20,000 nucleotides of DNA from an uncultured virus (IMG/VR IMGVR_UViG_3300035126_000982) (lineage: Duplodnaviria > Heunggongvirae > Uroviricota > Caudoviricetes): the IMG/VR virus record IMGVR_UViG_3300035126_000982; one strand, 5' to 3'. Under the pieces are notes generated by a model. That model made no database searches. It was given only the letters and a program-made list of their open reading frames with translations, and was not told where the DNA came from. Both the position numbers and the translations under genes were made by a program. Shown here in pieces: positions 15,655-20,000 of the stretch (its first letter is position 1; the number at the start of each line of letters is the position of its first letter).

Positions 15655-15716
15655 TTATTGTGGTTGGTAAACCACTCAAGAAAGTTTCCGGTGTTCCGTT
15701 ATTTAAGTAAAAAAAC

Positions 15717-16637
15717 ATGGATTTTAAACAACTAAAAAAACAATCTTCTTTAGGTGGTCTGACTGATAAACTTCTTAAGGAAGCAGAGAAAATGGGGAAT
15801 TCTTCTTCTGCTAAAGATGAACGAATTTTTTCTGTAGAAAGAGATAAGAGTGGACTTGGGCTCGCAATCGTGAGATTTCTACCACCTCCAGCAGGAGAAG
15901 ATGCGGCTTTTGTGAAACTTTATAATCATGGGTTTCAGGTGAACGGGAAGTGGCTTATAGAAAATTGCCCCACGAGTTTGGGGTTACAATGTGCGATTTG
16001 TTCCAAAAATTCAGAATTGTGGGGATCAGGCATTGATTCAAACAAAAAAATCGCTAGTCAGCGTAAGCGTAAACTGAGTTTTTATAGTAACATTTACATT
16101 GTCAAAAACCCGGCTGACCCCTCACTAGAAGGAAAAGTAATGCTCTTTAGGTATGGCCAAAAGATTTTTGATAAAATTGTGAGCGCACTTAAGCCCGAAT
16201 TTGAGGGTGACGAGGTTCTAGATCCATTTGATCTTTGGAATGGTGCTGATTTTAAGATAAAGGTCAAAACTGTGAAAGAATCTTCTGGGGCATCATATCC
16301 GAATTATGATGAAAGTTCTTTTATGTCGCCTTCCGCTCTGAGTGATGATGACGAAGAACTAGAAAGAATTTGGAAGCAGTGTTATTCTCTACAGGAACTT
16401 ATTTCTCCTGATAAGTTCAAAAGCGAGGAAGAACTCCAAAAACGTCTAAATTTTGTTCTTGGTACTCCTTCACCTTCTGTTCAAAAACAAGAAGAAGAGG
16501 TTGAAGAACAATTTACACCATCAGATGTAAACATCACAAAAGAACTAGAGACTTCTTATAGGAGTTCTAAAGTTGCCGATGAGGATGAAATGGAAGAAGA
16601 CGATGATCTGAGTCGGTTTCAAGAATTAGTTGGTTGA
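15717..16637 (+). CDS. gp32: Single-stranded DNA-binding protein gp32
   Basis: AIVRFLP, HGFQ..GKW.IENCPT, C.IC, RKRKLS.YSNI, PFDLW.GA.FK, NYD.S.F, acidic C-terminal tail. Confidence 0.97.
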   Translation: MDFKQLKKQSSLGGLTDKLLKEAEKMGNSSSAKDERIFSVERDKSGLGLAIVRFLPPPAGEDAAFVKLYNHGFQVNGKWLIENCPTSLGLQCAICSKNSELWGSGIDSNKKIASQRKRKLSFYSNIYIVKNPADPSLEGKVMLFRYGQKIFDKIVSALKPEFEGDEVLDPFDLWNGADFKIKVKTVKESSGASYPNYDESSFMSPSALSDDDEELERIWKQCYSLQELISPDKFKSEEELQKRLNFVLGTPSPSVQKQEEEVEEQFTPSDVNITKELETSYRSSKVADEDEMEEDDDLSRFQELVG

Positions 16638-16646
16638 GTTCTATAT

Positions 16647-16668
16647 GGGCGCTCTTCGGGGCGCCTTT
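16647..16668 (+). terminator. Terminator hairpin with cUUCGg tetraloop
   Basis: GGGCGCTC-TTCG-GGGCGCCT then TT; TAAATA follows at 16668-16673. Confidence 0.75.
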
Positions 16669-16676
16669 AAATAGTT

Positions 16677-17114
16677 ATGAATACACCAAGAATTTATACT
16701 TACAAAATTACTTTTTTAGAAGTACCATACTATTACTATGGTGTTCATAAAGAGAAATTTTTTGATGAGTATTATATGGGCTCTCCTGATTCTGATAAAA
16801 CCAAGTGGTGCTGGGATTTTTATACTCCAGAAAAGCAAATATTACAAGTATTCTCTAATGATGAATTTGGGTGGAGCGATGCCCAAAAAGTTGAGTATCG
16901 CATAATTAAATCAGTTTATAATTCGGACAAGTGGTGTCTTAATTTACATTGTGGGGCAACAATGTCTATAGAACAAAGAAGTAAAAATGCCGTTACTACC
17001 AATACTCAAAAATGGCAGTGTACTGTAACAGGGATTATTACAAACCCAGGTAGACTTTCTCAAATTCAAAGATCTAAAGGAATCGACACCTCCAATCGAA
17101 TAAGAATTCAATAG
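16677..17114 (+). CDS. Putative free-standing GIY-YIG-like (Seg-type) homing endonuclease, short form
   Basis: YTY-x10-YYG, YMGS, E..II and CLN resemble GIY-YIG motifs; C-terminal KWQCTVTG module. Confidence 0.65.
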   Translation: MNTPRIYTYKITFLEVPYYYYGVHKEKFFDEYYMGSPDSDKTKWCWDFYTPEKQILQVFSNDEFGWSDAQKVEYRIIKSVYNSDKWCLNLHCGATMSIEQRSKNAVTTNTQKWQCTVTGIITNPGRLSQIQRSKGIDTSNRIRIQ

Positions 17115-17202
17115 GTCACCCCATAAACTAGCACACGGTTCATAAAATTCCACTCATCATCCTGTATAATAAGAACACTTACTAAACATAATTTACTCTT
17201 AT

Positions 17203-17231
17203 AAAGAGGAGTCAAAAAACTCCTCTTTTTT
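17203..17231. terminator. Bidirectional rho-independent terminator between convergent gene blocks
   Basis: AAAGAGGAGT-CAAAAA-ACTCCTCTTT-TTT. Confidence 0.85.
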
Positions 17232-17946
17232 AATGATTATAAATCCTACTATTATCTCCTCTCTTTAATTTCCTATCGATAAACTGAGTTCCGCCTTCTC
17301 TATAGGTCATAATCTCCTCAATATTCTCCAACAAAACGTTTAAATATCTGCCTTTAAGAATAAAAATTTCTCTTTTTCTTTCTTCTTTATTGATTTCGTA
17401 GTCATAATTAGTCACAGGTACTATAAAATCAGTTGAAGGAATAGTCTCGGTTCTTTCTAGACCTGCATCATAAAACTGGTAATATTGAATTCCTTCAATA
17501 ACAACAAAATTTCCATTATCTTTCCAGGTTGGACTAATTCTTTTTCCTCCTTCTAAAATAGTTCTTCCTCTTGAGTCTTTGATTTCTGTGGTTTCATAAT
17601 GATGAATCCCACTGTATAGATTTTCATAAGAACCATACTTTTCAAGCATCACTCGATCAAATATTTTTTGTGACATTGGCCATTCATTTTGAACATTGAT
17701 CATGTTATTTGAAAGAAAGATTACCCAATCAAGAGTTGCATCACCGTAGAATCTTGCGGCCAGATTGTCGGGTCTTTCGTCTCCTTTTATGATGTACTTC
17801 TCAAAGAAGACCACATCATTAAAGATCTCTTCAAAAATCTTTCCTCTTCTGAAGAAGTTTTTTATTTGAATGTAGTCATTGATTTTTGCGTCCTTTATGT
17901 TGCTTATGTAATCAAAATTAGGGACGTAGCTGAAGTAGTGGGCCAT
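17230..17946 (-). CDS. gp53: Baseplate wedge subunit gp53
   Basis: YFSYVPN, KNFFRR, Y.I.GDERPD.LA..FYGD..LDWV, EWP, IHHYET, NE.KR.I-like motif. Confidence 0.9.
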   Translation of the reverse strand: MAHYFSYVPNFDYISNIKDAKINDYIQIKNFFRRGKIFEEIFNDVVFFEKYIIKGDERPDNLAARFYGDATLDWVIFLSNNMINVQNEWPMSQKIFDRVMLEKYGSYENLYSGIHHYETTEIKDSRGRTILEGGKRISPTWKDNGNFVVIEGIQYYQFYDAGLERTETIPSTDFIVPVTNYDYEINKEERKREIFILKGRYLNVLLENIEEIMTYREGGTQFIDRKLKRGDNSRIYNH

Positions 17947-19187
17947 TAGAATCCGATTGGGTGGTTATCGTTATAATCTACGTCATATATTGGATGAAGT
18001 TCTTTGAAGTTTAATGTCAAATTATACATGACCATTGTACTAATCGGTGTACCATTGTTGTCAGTATCATTAAACGTGGTATATGATCCAAGAGGTGTAT
18101 AATCAGTAGTACATGATTGAAGAGCACACATTTTTATTTTACCAATTGAAGGATGGTCTGGTGTATTTTCGGCTAACTTATTTCCGGGATTTCCTGAAAG
18201 GTATTTAATCCTAAAGACATAAGGGGAATTTAAAAATATGTTTGAATCACTAGCTGTTCTTGGGGCCATGTTTTGTTTGAAAAATTTTATAATACTTTTA
18301 ATTTTTGTCGCCTCTTCGTTATTTTTAGAAAACATAGAAAAGGAAAATGCAAACTGTCTTAGTTGGGGACTTTGAAAGAGTAATTCAAGGTTGGGGTTGA
18401 AAATTCCACCAGTTGTACGAGTTAATAGCCCACCGACTCCGATTGCTTGGCCCGCCAGATATGTTAAAGCCATGCTTCCGAATTCAGTACCTCTGGCCCA
18501 ATCTATTAATTGTTTTGTTTGGTCCATTCCTGATCCACCCCCCTCACCTTGCATAAATGACATAGAAATTCTGGCTAATTGCATTTGAAGAGTATTTAAA
18601 CGGTCTTCAGTCCAGTCTGCTGAATTTGTGTCAGATATTTTTGTTATGGGTAGATATACATATGGTTTTTTTTCAACTGCTTTGTAATTATCAAATTCTT
18701 TTCCTGGTTTTTGTACTGATAAATCTAAATTTTCTACTCTAATAGCCGCAGATTGTCCAACTCTTTCGGGGTCCGAAACGTTATCTCTTAAAAGACTTCT
18801 ATTTTTATATTCCCATATACTAAATTGAATTCTATCCTGAGAATCACTCATGTTCGCTGGATACACCAAAATACTAGAATTTGATTTAAAACTAACTCCC
18901 CGTCCTAAACCTGTAGAAACTGGTGTTGATGAGATTTCTCGAACCGATCTACTTGAGGCTTGATTAGCGATCACCGATGATGTAGAAGAGCTTAAAGTGA
19001 GATTTTGGTTTTTTAGATAGTCATCTAAGGATTCCTTTGAGATGAGAGAAATGTTTTTAACATCCCTCTCGGTATTTTCAATTGTTTTAGGATCAAGTTT
19101 ATCTAAAACTTCTGGAATAAGTTTTAATATACCATCATCCCCTATCTCCCCAATTGTCAATAAATATCGTTTATTTTTACTGGCCAT
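17946..19187 (-). CDS. gp48: Baseplate tail-tube cap gp48
   Basis: YP..D.I.F, FNPNLELLFQSPQLRQFAFSF, I..IIKFFK..MAP, CALQ...DYTP, L.FKELHPI; adjacent to gp53. Confidence 0.85.
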   Translation of the reverse strand: MASKNKRYLLTIGEIGDDGILKLIPEVLDKLDPKTIENTERDVKNISLISKESLDDYLKNQNLTLSSSTSSVIANQASSRSVREISSTPVSTGLGRGVSFKSNSSILVYPANMSDSQDRIQFSIWEYKNRSLLRDNVSDPERVGQSAAIRVENLDLSVQKPGKEFDNYKAVEKKPYVYLPITKISDTNSADWTEDRLNTLQMQLARISMSFMQGEGGGSGMDQTKQLIDWARGTEFGSMALTYLAGQAIGVGGLLTRTTGGIFNPNLELLFQSPQLRQFAFSFSMFSKNNEEATKIKSIIKFFKQNMAPRTASDSNIFLNSPYVFRIKYLSGNPGNKLAENTPDHPSIGKIKMCALQSCTTDYTPLGSYTTFNDTDNNGTPISTMVMYNLTLNFKELHPIYDVDYNDNHPIGF

Positions 19188-20000
19188 TGCCAGTTTCCTC
19201 CGTAGTGTCTATTATTTCCACAAAGGGACTTCCCTCATTCAGTAATTCATTATAAAGACTTTCAGGTATGCTTATATTAACTTTTATATTAATGTTCTTT
19301 TTGTCATCTAATGGTGACACAACATTCCCAGTTTTTATCACTTCTGAAGTGGGATAAAATATTTGTATATTTTCTCCATATATTCTCAAGAATGGTGGTA
19401 ATGGTAATTTAGTTTGTGTTCCTGGTGTGGGAACTACTGGTTTAGGTTCTATTACTACCCCATCACCCCCATCACCCTCACCATCAATGGGTGGTGTAAT
19501 AGGCTGTTCAGGAACAATGACAGTCAATGTAACTGTTTGTTCAGAACTATTGCCAGTTTCATCGGTGGCGACAATGGTGATGAAATATTCAGGTTTTATA
19601 TTATAGTCTGGGCTAAAATTAATTGATACAGAACCTGTATTGGGATTTATGGTAAAAAACTCTAAGTCAGGACCACTTAGGCCATAAGTGATTTGGTCTC
19701 TATCACTCGCAACAGCAGTGTACACAACAGTACCAGGAGCAACGCCTTGATCCACTTCTACCGCACCACCAGAAGAAAATACTGGTGGTTCAGTATCTAA
19801 AGATTCAATTGGAGTGGTAGGTGAAGAGGTTACTGATTCTGGATTACCCTTTCCGTCAGTATAGGTGGCGGTTACGGTAATTATTTTGCCAACAACAGAC
19901 TGTTCTAGCAAATAACCTATGGATGTTGCTCCAGGAATTTCTAGCCCGTTAGCCTTCCATTGATAAGAAAGTGTTCCAATTCCGTCTTCATCGGCAAGGG
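19177..20000 (-). CDS. Ig-like plus cadherin-domain protein (5' partial; frame open to the window edge)
   Basis: LADEDGIGTLSYQWKANG..IPGAT..Y.L....VGK.ITVTATYTDG.G..ESVTS adhesin-type repeat, then PVF...VYTA.A.D.D.ITY.L.G.D..FF.I...TG...PDY...Y...I.ATD..GN cadherin-like domain and a P/G-rich linker. Confidence 0.8.
   Translation of the reverse strand, partial: LADEDGIGTLSYQWKANGLEIPGATSIGYLLEQSVVGKIITVTATYTDGKGNPESVTSSPTTPIESLDTEPPVFSSGGAVEVDQGVAPGTVVYTAVASDRDQITYGLSGPDLEFFTINPNTGSVSINFSPDYNIKPEYFITIVATDETGNSSEQTVTLTVIVPEQPITPPIDGEGDGGDGVVIEPKPVVPTPGTQTKLPLPPFLRIYGENIQIFYPTSEVIKTGNVVSPLDDKKNINIKVNISIPESLYNELLNEGSPFVEIIDTTEETGNGQ

Noticed and set aside
17115..17202. TATAAT at 17165 in the intergenic gap, suggesting a small RNA before the terminator
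   Set aside because: No convincing -35 at proper spacing, and no ORF or structure in the short downstream stretch
1871..19626. Short overlapping or antisense ORFs in the track (1871, 2029, 4857, 5282, 5436, 5783, 9337, 9938, 10667, 10803, 12171, 16944, 18391, 19042, 19414)
   Set aside because: All overlap better-supported genes and show no motifs
1..20000. tRNA or rRNA genes, and stop-codon recoding
   Set aside because: No cloverleaf with a T-loop motif seen in the short intergenic gaps; core genes are intact under the standard code

Overview
A 20 kb segment of an AT-rich T4-like cyanomyovirus (Kyanoviridae-like); a picocyanobacterial (Synechococcus/Cyanobium-type) host is inferred from the porin, hli and ThyX sequences. 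Bases 1-17114 are + strand. They carry two glycosyltransferases, a cell-envelope module (RlpA-like transglycosylase, NlpC/P60-like hydrolase, SLH-domain Som-type porin) behind a structured leader, two divergent hli genes, many small hypotheticals, glutaredoxin, speD, a thyX interrupted by an HNH-type intein, phoH, a Cas4-like exonuclease, two gp33 copies, gp59, gp32 and a GIY-YIG-like endonuclease. After a bidirectional terminator, the - strand carries gp53, gp48 and a partial Ig/cadherin-domain gene. The most unusual items are: (i) a truncated gp33 joined out of frame to two 26-aa LRV/HEAT-like repeats, followed by a diverged intact gp33 with its own late-promoter-like motif; (ii) the HNH intein inside the ThyX motif; (iii) a dual-promoter, alternatively folding leader upstream of the envelope module. 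All calls come from reading the sequence by eye; no database searches were run.
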